IMG/VR virus record: IMGVR_UViG_3300010413_000023
Span: 4,191 to 68,190 of that record
Length of the DNA stretch: 64,000 nt
Reading direction: 5' to 3' (one strand)
Source of the DNA: a virus
In this document: piece after piece, positions 9,760 through 18,090 of the stretch
Layout: each line of letters opens with the position of its first letter
Position numbering within the stretch: position 1 is the first letter of the stretch
Notes under the pieces: model-generated
Database searches by the model: none
What the model was told of the DNA's origin: nothing
What the model saw: the letters and a program-made list of their open reading frames with translations, nothing else
Made by a program: the position numbers and the translations under genes

Positions 9760-10324
9760 TCGTTTCCGTCTCTATCGGCCCACCATCTGGGCCGCTGACC
9801 TCTGTTTTGTTCCTTCTTCCGCCCGTCTCTTTTGCCAAGTCGTCAAGCGTGCCCCGATACTGGTCGATCAGCGCAGAGTTGAACCGCTCAATGTCCACAC
9901 GCTCGGCAAATTCACCCGCACCGATCTGTTTCACGTCGGGCAGCCACACGTTGTGGAATACGCCATCCTCGCCTTGCTCATAAATCTGTTCCTCCAGAAA
10001 TGTGGCGAGACGTTCTAGCTTTTCGACTCGTTCATGCTCAAGGGCAAGCCCAGAATGCATGATCTCGGTGGCACGGGCCGTTTTCTGTCGCTCAATTTGG
10101 GCATCGTATGACTCAGCACGGGCTTGCCATCCATAGTGAATCGACCAACGTTTCAGGGTGTCAATTGACTGCGTTGGGGGTGTAATGTCGTGTTGATCGG
10201 TGTACGCACGCTGTAATGACGCCAGTGAGCGCCCCGCACCCATTCGCAAATAGTCGTTACACGCCTGAATCGCCCGTCCCGACTCGCTTTTTTGCTTTTG
10301 TCCTGCTAACAGTTCCAGTATCAT
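9659..10324 (-). CDS. Putative terminase small subunit
   Basis: N-terminal HTH (RSLASL...TLKRWS...W..RA..YD) and C-terminal EVSGPDGGPIE; overlaps terL start. Confidence 0.7.
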   Translation of the reverse strand: MILELLAGQKQKSESGRAIQACNDYLRMGAGRSLASLQRAYTDQHDITPPTQSIDTLKRWSIHYGWQARAESYDAQIERQKTARATEIMHSGLALEHERVEKLERLATFLEEQIYEQGEDGVFHNVWLPDVKQIGAGEFAERVDIERFNSALIDQYRGTLDDLAKETGGRRNKTEVSGPDGGPIETETNVTGIGAGIAEVVALFDKARTRAGAGDPPTDHE

Positions 10325-10520
10325 TCTCTTGCTCTGCTTGCGGCTTGTTTTGCGTCGGAATTGCTGTCATATTCAACACAACGCCAGCCCGCTTGTAAAT
10401 CATCAATTCGGCTACGGCCTCGATGGCCTGTTCCGGCAGATCCAGGTAGACGCGCAACCCGTTATCCGCCAGCGTCTGAACTTTTGCCACAATCGCTACA
10501 AACTCGGTTGGCTCCGACAT
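10257..10520 (-). CDS. Hypothetical protein
   Basis: MSEPTEFVAIVAKVQTLADNGLRVYLDLPE; small ORF upstream of terS. Confidence 0.5.
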   Translation of the reverse strand: MSEPTEFVAIVAKVQTLADNGLRVYLDLPEQAIEAVAELMIYKRAGVVLNMTAIPTQNKPQAEQENDTGTVSRTKAKKRVGTGDSGV

Positions 10521-10659
10521 GCTCCATTGCCTTTCCGACGTTGTACGTCTCTCGCTCTTTGAACTCCTGCACTTTGCCCTTGTGCCAATTTTGGAGCGGG
10601 CGCAAATAGCCCACCACACGGCTGTACACCTCACATGGAACTTTGCGCTTCTCGCTCAT
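10462..10659 (-). CDS. Stand-alone NrdD C-terminal (glycyl-radical-loop-like) small protein
   Basis: CEVYSRVVGYLRPLQNWHKGKVQEFKER matches the class III RNR C-terminal RxxGY signature; GGAG RBS. Confidence 0.75.
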   Translation of the reverse strand: MSEKRKVPCEVYSRVVGYLRPLQNWHKGKVQEFKERETYNVGKAMEHVGANRVCSDCGKSSDAGG

Positions 10660-10714
10660 TCTCCTCTCCTGGTTTTTCCCCGCCTACAGTTCATCGTAGG
10701 CGGGGCAACTACTC

Positions 10715-11032
10715 CTAGTCTTCGCTTTTCAGCGTTCCGATGCGCTGGACAAAGACATCCAGCGTCTCCGGGTCGGCCACGTCCTTGTTGTGCAGAACCT
10801 TGTACCGGGCGTTCTCCTCACTGGTAGCGATCACGTAATCTGGTTGGCCCGCCGTGTCGGCCTCTTGATCGACGACGAACACCGCATACAATGCCTTGCT
10901 CTTGTTTCCCATATTCACTGCCATTTCTGCTAATTCCTTTCCTGTGTTTTTATAAAGCTCACGCTTTACCCCCTGTGCCATTTCTGGCCCGAATGTTTGT
11001 TCAAACTGCTTCAGAAAATCTTGCAAATCCAT
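10715..11032 (-). CDS. Hypothetical protein
   Basis: Start MDLQDF after AAAGGA RBS; followed by hairpin 10678-10705. Confidence 0.5.
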   Translation of the reverse strand: MDLQDFLKQFEQTFGPEMAQGVKRELYKNTGKELAEMAVNMGNKSKALYAVFVVDQEADTAGQPDYVIATSEENARYKVLHNKDVADPETLDVFVQRIGTLKSED

Positions 11033-11074
11033 TCCTTTCTGCCTTTCTAAATGGCTATGTGCCATTTTGTGCCA

Positions 11075-11767
11075 TCACATTCCAAATATCCGCGAAAATA
11101 GCCCGGTTGTCCTCTGTGCCGCCATTGCCTCTTGTGCGTCGGCAATGCGCCGCAACTGTTCGACTATGGTATCATCCGGCTGCGGTTGTGGTTGATCTGG
11201 GTCGCCTTCGACTTCAAGCAGAAAATCGTCAAAGTGGGCCATCGCCCCCCGCTTGTAATCGCAGGATGTCCACAGAAACACGGTGATCCAGTCGCTCTCG
11301 GCCTTTGCCGTGCAGGATAGTTGCACCCATTTGCCGTCAATCCAGGGAATGGGATCGTCTGGATTTTTATGATACTGATCATACCACTGACCCCAGTCTT
11401 CGGCTCCATCCTCTTGCCATCCAACGACAAGCCCAAACGGATCAATCCCGACGCGCATCCCGGCCCCGCTGTCGCCTGCGGTGTGTGTCAGTCCCATCGC
11501 CCAAACAGAGGCGCGGTAAATCTTGCCAGGTTCGACGGCAAAACGGCGATACAAAACCGCCTTGTGTTTGTGTCCGTTCGTGGTCTGGATAGATACCGCG
11601 TTGACGCCAGAGTGATGCTCCGGCTTATTCAGTTTTTCGTCAGCTTCGGGCCGTGAATAATCGCCACCAACCCAGGCGAGATGCCAGTCAACCGGGATCG
11701 TCAGTTCGGGTATGCCGTCCTGATCGTAAAATCCCGTCTCGAAACCATCATAAAAAATGGTGATCAC
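11075..11767 (-). CDS. Carbohydrate-binding (galactose-binding-like jelly roll) domain protein
   Basis: GFE..F...TIPVDW...LYRRFAVEPGKIYRASVW...MRVGIDP...AHFDDF pattern. Confidence 0.55.
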   Translation of the reverse strand: MITIFYDGFETGFYDQDGIPELTIPVDWHLAWVGGDYSRPEADEKLNKPEHHSGVNAVSIQTTNGHKHKAVLYRRFAVEPGKIYRASVWAMGLTHTAGDSGAGMRVGIDPFGLVVGWQEDGAEDWGQWYDQYHKNPDDPIPWIDGKWVQLSCTAKAESDWITVFLWTSCDYKRGAMAHFDDFLLEVEGDPDQPQPQPDDTIVEQLRRIADAQEAMAAQRTTGLFSRIFGM

Positions 11768-12756
11768 TATTCACCTCCACACACCTCTGCAACCTCTTGC
11801 GTATATGGCAGCCACGAGGCATCCATATAGCTGAATTTCCACATCATAACGGACAGCGCGTCCGTCCTGCATAGCGCAATCGCCGTGTCTCTCACGAGTG
11901 CCGCCGAGGGCGTGCCCGTTGCGATGTTGATAGACAAATGATAGGGCAGCCCCAACTGTTGCGCCGTGGCCGCGACATCCGCCGCCCAGGCTTGCCACGC
12001 TGCGACATCAGGGGTGCGTAAATAGTTCGTCTGGGTGAACACGGCATCGAGGTACTGATAATCGTACCCCAAAAGCCACGAGGGCGGGGCATTGACAACG
12101 AGTTTACAGCCGGGTAGCACCTGGTGCGCGTACTCTGCCATTGCATCGATCTGGGCCAAAGTTGGCCCCGTTCCCCCGTCCCAGTCGTGCGGCTCGTCCA
12201 CGCCGTAAAAGGCGATGATCGTGCCGTCATCTACAAATGGCTGCAACCCATTTGAGATGGCATCAAATCGCGCCTTCCAGGCGTCTATCGAGAAATTGCC
12301 GCTCGAATCAGACATACTCGAATGCCCGCCCACAGCCACGAACGCCTGCACCCCATTGTCGCGGGCCAGCTGCAGGTAGGTCGTTGAGTTGTTGAGACGA
12401 CTTGCCGTAAATGGCCAATCACTAGACGGTATCCAGTCGAACGGGCCAAACGGTTTCCCTGCCTGCGGCTGCGGGGTATTGGTTGGCATCGGTGTCGCCG
12501 TGCTGGTTGCCGTTGGTTCTGGCGTGTTGGTATTAGTACTGGTTGGCTCCGGGGTATTAGTCCTCGTCGCCGTCGGTTCTGGCGTCTGCAATGGCGAGCA
12601 TGTCGGGCAGGGTACGGATGTCGCACAAGCGATCTCGATTGACTCCCCCGGAGCAAGAACATATCTGGCAACTTGTGCCAATATCAGCACATTTGCGCCG
12701 GTGAATATGATCAGCCCGACGATCAATGCTATGTCGATAAACCTTCTTTCTCTCAC
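11767..12756 (-). CDS. Membrane-anchored glycoside hydrolase-like protein with Pro/Thr linker
   Basis: N-terminal TM helix, TPEPTAT repeats, TIM-barrel-like IIAFYGVDEP motif; likely GTG start at 12756. Confidence 0.55.
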   Translation of the reverse strand: MRERRFIDIALIVGLIIFTGANVLILAQVARYVLAPGESIEIACATSVPCPTCSPLQTPEPTATRTNTPEPTSTNTNTPEPTATSTATPMPTNTPQPQAGKPFGPFDWIPSSDWPFTASRLNNSTTYLQLARDNGVQAFVAVGGHSSMSDSSGNFSIDAWKARFDAISNGLQPFVDDGTIIAFYGVDEPHDWDGGTGPTLAQIDAMAEYAHQVLPGCKLVVNAPPSWLLGYDYQYLDAVFTQTNYLRTPDVAAWQAWAADVAATAQQLGLPYHLSINIATGTPSAALVRDTAIALCRTDALSVMMWKFSYMDASWLPYTQEVAEVCGGE

Positions 12757-12878
12757 ATTACCCCCCGATTTGCCCTCGTTTTGGCTTTGGACGTTCGACC
12801 CAAAACGCGCCAACCGGCTTGACCTTCTTTTGTGTCTCGAACAGATAGCCCCCAACAAGTTTGGGCTTTTCGCACTTT

Positions 12879-13973
12879 TTATCCATTGTTCCTCCATTCG
12901 TCAATCAAAATCGCCTGCTTTGACGGGTATTTCTGAATCGTCGCCAAATCGAACATAGCACACCCGCGCGCTCCGTTCGCTCTCAGCGTGGCGAACTCAG
13001 CCCTAAAATCGGCGTCTGTTTTCTGAATCTCGGTGCTGCCCCCCTGCCATTTGACAGGTGACAGGATCGGCGCGGTCCAGGTCGGCCAATACCCGGCGGC
13101 CTTCCATTCGTTGATGCGTTCCTGTAACCACTCGCCGTAATAGGTCATGGGGAACACAAAATCCGCATACCCATAGTCTAACCACGCGTGCCAATCCTGA
13201 CCATACGCAGTCAGAGCGCCATAGGTCGGATCGTCCCAGATCGAGATCGGGCTGGCGCACAGTTTGACGCCTGTGCCGATCAGTATTTCGCTGCACATCG
13301 CCACCGTTTCGGTGATCGCGTCAGGCGTCAGCCCTGACCCAGGATACCAATACCGCGACCAGCGGGTATAATCGAGACATATACCAGAAATGTGGTATTT
13401 TGCCAGATCAGCGCATAGCGTGGCGATCAGCTCGCGGGCGTCGGCGTTGCGATAGTCGAGCCAATGCTCGGTGATGCCGAGTTTGCCGATCATGTCCTGG
13501 TAGGGGTATGCCAGCCGCCAAAAGTATTTTGTCGGTATCGCCGGATAGACAACCATGCCCAGACGGGCGGCTTCATTGACGATCATCCCCAGGTCGTTGG
13601 AATTGCGGGGAATGCCCGCGCTGTTCTCGAACGATACCCCGCGCCCGGTGCCAACAAAAATAAAGATCGCATTGGCCCCGAGTGCGGCGGCCTGCTGGAC
13701 GCTCTCGACATTATAGTTGTTCGGGTTGGCATCCTGCAACCACAGGCCTTTTATCCCTGCCGGGATGCCGACCTGCGGCGCGGTTTCGAGGGCCAGGACG
13801 CGGGCGTCAAGGTTGTTTATGGCCTGTTGGAGCGTTGCACAGAGTTGGCTCAACACGCCAATGGACTGTGCATTATCGCTGCCCACGGCGCTGTTGTCGT
13901 TCGCCTGATTTTGTAGCTCCAGCAATGCGGTGTCTAGCTCGGTTGTGTCGGCCTCAATTTTTATGTCTACCAT
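12879..13973 (-). CDS. Glycosyl hydrolase-like 10 (GHL10/DUF187-like) protein with N-terminal coiled coil
   Basis: GLWL...WLD...YHISGICLDYTR...GQDWHAWL..GYADFVFPMTY signature. Confidence 0.7.
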   Translation of the reverse strand: MVDIKIEADTTELDTALLELQNQANDNSAVGSDNAQSIGVLSQLCATLQQAINNLDARVLALETAPQVGIPAGIKGLWLQDANPNNYNVESVQQAAALGANAIFIFVGTGRGVSFENSAGIPRNSNDLGMIVNEAARLGMVVYPAIPTKYFWRLAYPYQDMIGKLGITEHWLDYRNADARELIATLCADLAKYHISGICLDYTRWSRYWYPGSGLTPDAITETVAMCSEILIGTGVKLCASPISIWDDPTYGALTAYGQDWHAWLDYGYADFVFPMTYYGEWLQERINEWKAAGYWPTWTAPILSPVKWQGGSTEIQKTDADFRAEFATLRANGARGCAMFDLATIQKYPSKQAILIDEWRNNG

Positions 13974-14218
13974 TACTTTTTCTTTTTCCTCTGCATCGCT
14001 TTGATTTCGTCCCGCAACCGGTGCCACTCGGCGTTCATTGATGCAATGTCTCTCTGGTCAGACAGTGCCGATTCCATGCGATTCGCCATAGACTGAACCT
14101 CTTCAATCAGGCCGGGGAGCGATGCAAAATTCAGCGTTTTGCAGCAGTGACGCATTTCCTCCAGGACACCACACATCGTCCTGTTGATCCACGGTAGTTG
14201 AAATTCTCGTCTAGCCAA
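13973..14218 (-). CDS. Hypothetical coiled-coil protein
   Basis: 81-aa ORF, TTG start after GGGGG RBS, coupled to next gene. Confidence 0.5.
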   Translation of the reverse strand: MARREFQLPWINRTMCGVLEEMRHCCKTLNFASLPGLIEEVQSMANRMESALSDQRDIASMNAEWHRLRDEIKAMQRKKKK

Positions 14219-14230
14219 TGTTGCCCCCTA

Positions 14231-14295
14231 TTTTCCCGCCGGGCGCTCTAGTCTGCCGGCCTGTGGCCTCTGCTAGACAGGCCACCCGGCGGGTT
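14231..14295. repeat. Hairpin direct repeat, copy A
   Basis: TTTTCCCGCCGGG...TCTGCCGGCCTGTGGCCTCTGC.AGA...CACCCGGCGGGTT; similar copy at 14510-14575. Confidence 0.85.
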
Positions 14296-14306
14296 CTATT
14301 TCAAAT

Positions 14307-14500
14307 ATGCGGTGTGCTACTACGCCAAAGGTATCCCGTATGCACGTACCAGAATAGGGGTTTACTGTCCCGGCTTAGGAGTCCACGGGCCTGACCGCGT
14401 GCTTCGGCCTTTATCCCGTCCTCCACGTATAGCAGCAAGGCTATCACTGTAACGCCCACACTCATTATAAGATGGCTGCCTTTAAGCCAACTTCCCGCAT
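14307..14500 (-). ncRNA. Structured ncRNA mimicking the 23S rRNA uL11-binding domain (GTPase-associated centre, H43/H44) with a ~135-nt insert
   Basis: Minus strand GGAAGTTGGCTTAAAGGCAGCCATC (22/25 to E. coli 23S GGATGTTGGCTTAGAAGCAGCCATC, recalled) ... GCGTAGTAGCACAC (12/14 to GCGTAATAGCTCAC); closed by ATGCGG/CCGCAT stem. Confidence 0.75.
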
Positions 14501-14509
14501 TATTTTCCA

Positions 14510-14575
14510 TTTTCCCGCCGGGGGCCATTATCTGCCGGCCTGTGGCCTCTGCAAGATCCGCACACCCGGCGGGTT
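14510..14575. repeat. Hairpin direct repeat, copy B
   Basis: Shares terminal inverted arms CCCGCCGGG/CCCGGCGGG and 22-nt core with copy A. Confidence 0.85.
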
Positions 14576-14759
14576 ATGTTTCGTCTTTCCAATTGTATTC
14601 GGATCGCCGCTTATTGCGGATTTCGCCGCGCTGTATGAAATACCGCTTTAGCTTTCCTCTGTGCCTGTCGATCTGCTTCTTTGTGTATTTCATTGTTTCC
14701 CCTTCGCCGGGAGCGGTGATGAGCCGCCCCCGGCCAGAAAGGAGGAGAAAGATGATGGA

Positions 14760-15802
14760 TCATTTATTCAAGAACTTGAGAAAATCGGCGGCGGTTTGCA
14801 AGTCCTCAAAAAACGCATAGCGCCCGTCCGGGTAGAATATGGACGCGCCGCACCCTCTATTCTCGGACCTTGCCGCCCCGATCTGCCGTCCGAATGACGA
14901 ACCCAGTACCTTGTACGTGCCGGTCAGAATCGCGTGCCTGCGCTTGCCGTGCCGGTGGAATGGCCTGTCATACGTACCGATATGTGTATGCCCACCGACG
15001 CCAATGTCAAAATCGTAATCTCCTCTTGCCACCCCACCTCAATCGGATGTGTCGAGTTGACGACTGAGCCGTATTTCCATTTGTGACGCAGTTTGATACG
15101 CCAATTGTTGTCGCCGTGCGTGAGAGTGAAACACACCTCGTCTGAGTCGTACAATACCCGCACCCCCTCAAGGCATTGCCGTATCTGGTCGAACCCGGCC
15201 AGCTTTTTCGTCCAATTGTCGTGGTTGCCACAGACAATGGCGATCCATTTGTCCCGCAGCATCCCCAGCCAATCGGCGCACAGTCGAATCTCGCCGTCGA
15301 ATTGGAGCGCCTGATCGCGCTGTAGGTGGGCCAACTTGGCGTTGACCCAGTTGTCGATCCCGTCGCCGTGAAATTCAGCGAACAGATCAGGCGATGCGTT
15401 GACGATCTCGGCGTCCCGCTTGAGTGCCCGGTAATCCGTTTCGGCACTGCCAAAATGGCAATCGCTGAACCAGGCCACTCCATAATGGCGTTTTGCATCC
15501 GGCAATGTCACGCTCTGGTTACGTCGCAGCGCCTCACGTTCTTGCGCGATGTCCTGCGCGGAGTAGGCTTGCGACCACAGATCATCGGGCGTTCTCCCCT
15601 GGTATTCGTTTGTTAAGCCCTCGATAACCGGCTTGCTTTTTGCGGCTAGGTGTCGGGCAATTTCCCGGTCACGTGCGGCCTGCGCTTCCTCTAACGTGTC
15701 AAATGTGCCAAGTGTCCGCTCTTTCAAATACTTGCGCGGCAAACGGACGAGAAATCGTCCGTAACGTTCCAGGATATGCGTATCGACCGTCTTGTTTCTC
15801 AC
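14760..15802 (-). pseudogene. Calcineurin-like metallophosphoesterase with N-terminal AP2-like domain, split by a 1-nt frameshift near 15027
   Basis: DCHFG, GDGID, GNHD motifs in 14924..15802; final GHTH motif in another frame (14760..15032); one extra A in TGGCAAGAGGAGAT would fuse them. Confidence 0.7.
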
Positions 15803-16080
15803 GGCACTTTTACCGTGATCCCCAGGATCGAGGCGATCAGGCTGCCGATCCCGGACGCAATCATCACGAGACGGTTTTCCCTGACGTGCTCCTCTTTATG
15901 CCCGTCCCGCCACGTTTCAAGCGCCGTCATCCTGGTCAGGTTATTGTTGCTGATCTGGACGATCTGCGTTGACAGATATTTGAACTCTTGCCGCAGCTCG
16001 TCAACCGCCACCTGGATATGCTGCAAACGCTCCTCGAGCACGGCGTCACGCACACGACCATTGCTGTTGTCATCTGCCAC
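15799..16080 (-). CDS. Coiled-coil plus C-terminal TM protein (XhlA/holin-associated-like)
   Basis: Heptad region, RMTALE motif, hydrophobic C-terminus; next to holin-like gene. Confidence 0.55.
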   Translation of the reverse strand: MADDNSNGRVRDAVLEERLQHIQVAVDELRQEFKYLSTQIVQISNNNLTRMTALETWRDGHKEEHVRENRLVMIASGIGSLIASILGITVKVP

Positions 16081-16092
16081 GATGCGCCGCCT

Positions 16093-16398
16093 TTATTTTG
16101 TCTTTGATTTGTCGAAAGCGTGCGCGATCTGGCTCGATGCCCACCCCAGGAAACCAATTGCCAAAGCGCGCCAGTATGGCTCTAGCACCAGCCATACATC
16201 AGCAGGCACAAATTGCAGCAAGGCAACCGATCCGGCAGGGAGCACCAAAAAAAGCGCCAATACTACCCAGCGCTTGACCTCAGATTCAAGATTCTGGAAT
16301 GCCGGTATCTTTTCCAGCAAAAACGCGATGATTACCCCGGCGAAACCTCCGGTAGCAATCTGTGTTAGAAATTCGACAAGCGTCGGAAGTTCGTTCAT
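16093..16398 (-). CDS. Putative holin
   Basis: ~100 aa, three hydrophobic helices, basic C-terminal tail; AAGGAG RBS. Confidence 0.6.
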   Translation of the reverse strand: MNELPTLVEFLTQIATGGFAGVIIAFLLEKIPAFQNLESEVKRWVVLALFLVLPAGSVALLQFVPADVWLVLEPYWRALAIGFLGWASSQIAHAFDKSKTK

Positions 16399-16442
16399 GC
16401 TTTCTCCTTGGTTCCCCCCAGAGACACGTAAACCCTGCATCA

Positions 16443-16472
16443 ATTATACCACGTTTTGCCGTGGCGTGTCAA
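16443..16472 (-). promoter_or_regulatory. Consensus sigma70 promoter for the lysis/packaging operon
   Basis: TTGACA-18 nt-TATAAT with extended -10 TG. Confidence 0.8.
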
Positions 16473-16996
16473 GATGGAATATGTCAAGTATCGGCCCCTA
16501 GCCATCATACAGGGTTGGTAATTTGCCAACCTCCAGATAATAATAGATCAGCGCTCTAGCTGTCCATCCACGGGCCGCATACTTGGAAAATTCATCCCGC
16601 GTGATCCCTGTGATCTTGGACAGATCGCGGTTTTCGCGTGCGCTCCGATCTGCCGCCTTGGTAAAATAACGCATCACCTGCCCCATTTCACGACAGGCAC
16701 AGGCCAATGATCGGAGCGATGCGCCCACGCTCGCGGCTGATGCAATTGCAGTCTCGGCTAGATTTTTCATTGTGATACCTCCCATGCCGCAAACGCAGCC
16801 GATACCGCGCCAAATACCGTGCGCTCTATTTTCTCGATAAAATGCTCCATAATCCCATCGTCATCTTGGACATAAACGGCACACGATACCAACCCGCCGC
16901 GACCGTGCCCGATGCGATCAAATGTCAACCTCACATCATAGCCAGCCAGGCGCATCTTGTCAATCATCTGCCAGACTGGGCTGCTGTAAACCACTG

Positions 16997-17788
16997 TCAT
17001 TGTGCTACCTCCCATCCGTTGCCATTGCGGATCGCGTCGTCCGCCCAATATCGCGCAGTCGAGCCGGGCACTTGTGCCAATCCACGCGAAACCAGGATTT
17101 CATTGACGCGATTTGCGTCAAGATTCGCGCGATCACCGTTCAGGCTTGCCGCAATTTCGCGCCATTCTGCGATGCCTATGCGCCGGGGTGGTGCGAGCTG
17201 GTCTGGTTCTGTTGCGATTTCGTCATCATTTCGTAACGGTTTCGCAATCATTCCGCGCAACTCAAGCCACTGGTTGTACTGTTTGCGCTCGTCGTTGTGC
17301 CGTTCGAGATTCCATTTGTCCCAATCGTCGCCAAAATGTGACAGATAAAACGCGAATTCCATTACGTTGGCGTAGAAATCGACAGGCGAGAACAACATCA
17401 GCGCTAACGGCCCCCAGTTTTGCACGACTGGAACCCAGACCGCCGTCAATGTCGTCATTTTTGTGTAAACGACCAGGATCGTGCCCAGGGTTGCTAGGAA
17501 TGAGACAACAAGCGCAAACTTGTCTTTGCCGTTTGCCTGTTCGTCCCGCATCTTTTTGAACACCTCGACGGCAGAGGCCAGCGTTCCGATCTCACCGCCG
17601 ATGATCATCATCCACGAACCGTACCCTTGCGTAACGCCCCCGATGTCGCCAGCAGAGAATGCCTCACCGCCAAACAGAACAACGCCGATCATATAGGCAC
17701 AGGCGGGCAGCAATAACGCCCAGAACAAAAACCCGTGCAACATCGGCTCCGGTTTCCAATATGGACGTGGTACAAATTCGTCGTTCAT
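16997..17788 (-). CDS. Multi-pass membrane protein with C-terminal HTH-like segment
   Basis: Four hydrophobic segments; C-terminal STARYW. Confidence 0.55.
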   Translation of the reverse strand: MNDEFVPRPYWKPEPMLHGFLFWALLLPACAYMIGVVLFGGEAFSAGDIGGVTQGYGSWMMIIGGEIGTLASAVEVFKKMRDEQANGKDKFALVVSFLATLGTILVVYTKMTTLTAVWVPVVQNWGPLALMLFSPVDFYANVMEFAFYLSHFGDDWDKWNLERHNDERKQYNQWLELRGMIAKPLRNDDEIATEPDQLAPPRRIGIAEWREIAASLNGDRANLDANRVNEILVSRGLAQVPGSTARYWADDAIRNGNGWEVAQ

Positions 17789-18042
17789 CTCTCCCCCTCC
17801 CATCTTCTCACCCTTGTCCCCAGCCCGTGCTCTGGCCCGTCAAGCCCGAATGCGATACCGACCGACAATATCGCCCTATTGAACCCCTGGCGATAAAGGG
17901 CGACCAGTTTTGTGACGGGCACATTCTCAAAACCAGGATCTTCCATAATCTGTTGCAACAGGGCATCGTCAACCCCGCCTGCCGTATGGGTTGACTTGAG
18001 AATGTTATATACGTCTTCACGGAAATAAACATCAAGTGCCAT
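17785..18042 (-). CDS. Hypothetical protein
   Basis: GGGGG RBS; ATGA coupling. Confidence 0.5.
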   Translation of the reverse strand: MALDVYFREDVYNILKSTHTAGGVDDALLQQIMEDPGFENVPVTKLVALYRQGFNRAILSVGIAFGLDGPEHGLGTRVRRWEGER

Positions 18043-18090
18043 CTTACCCCCTTTCGTTCGTCGTTCGTTCGTTCGACCCGTACATGCGGA

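Noticed and set aside
12465-12590. Tandem DNA repeat or second array
   Set aside because: Encodes the Pro/Thr linker (TPEPTAT) of a protein.
14307-14500. Genuine rRNA gene or assembly chimera
   Set aside because: Similarity is limited to two short segments separated by a non-rRNA insert, with a different closing stem and phage context on both sides.
14301-14528. 75-aa ORF
   Set aside because: Coincides with the structured rRNA-mimic element and a hairpin repeat; no protein features; more likely incidental.
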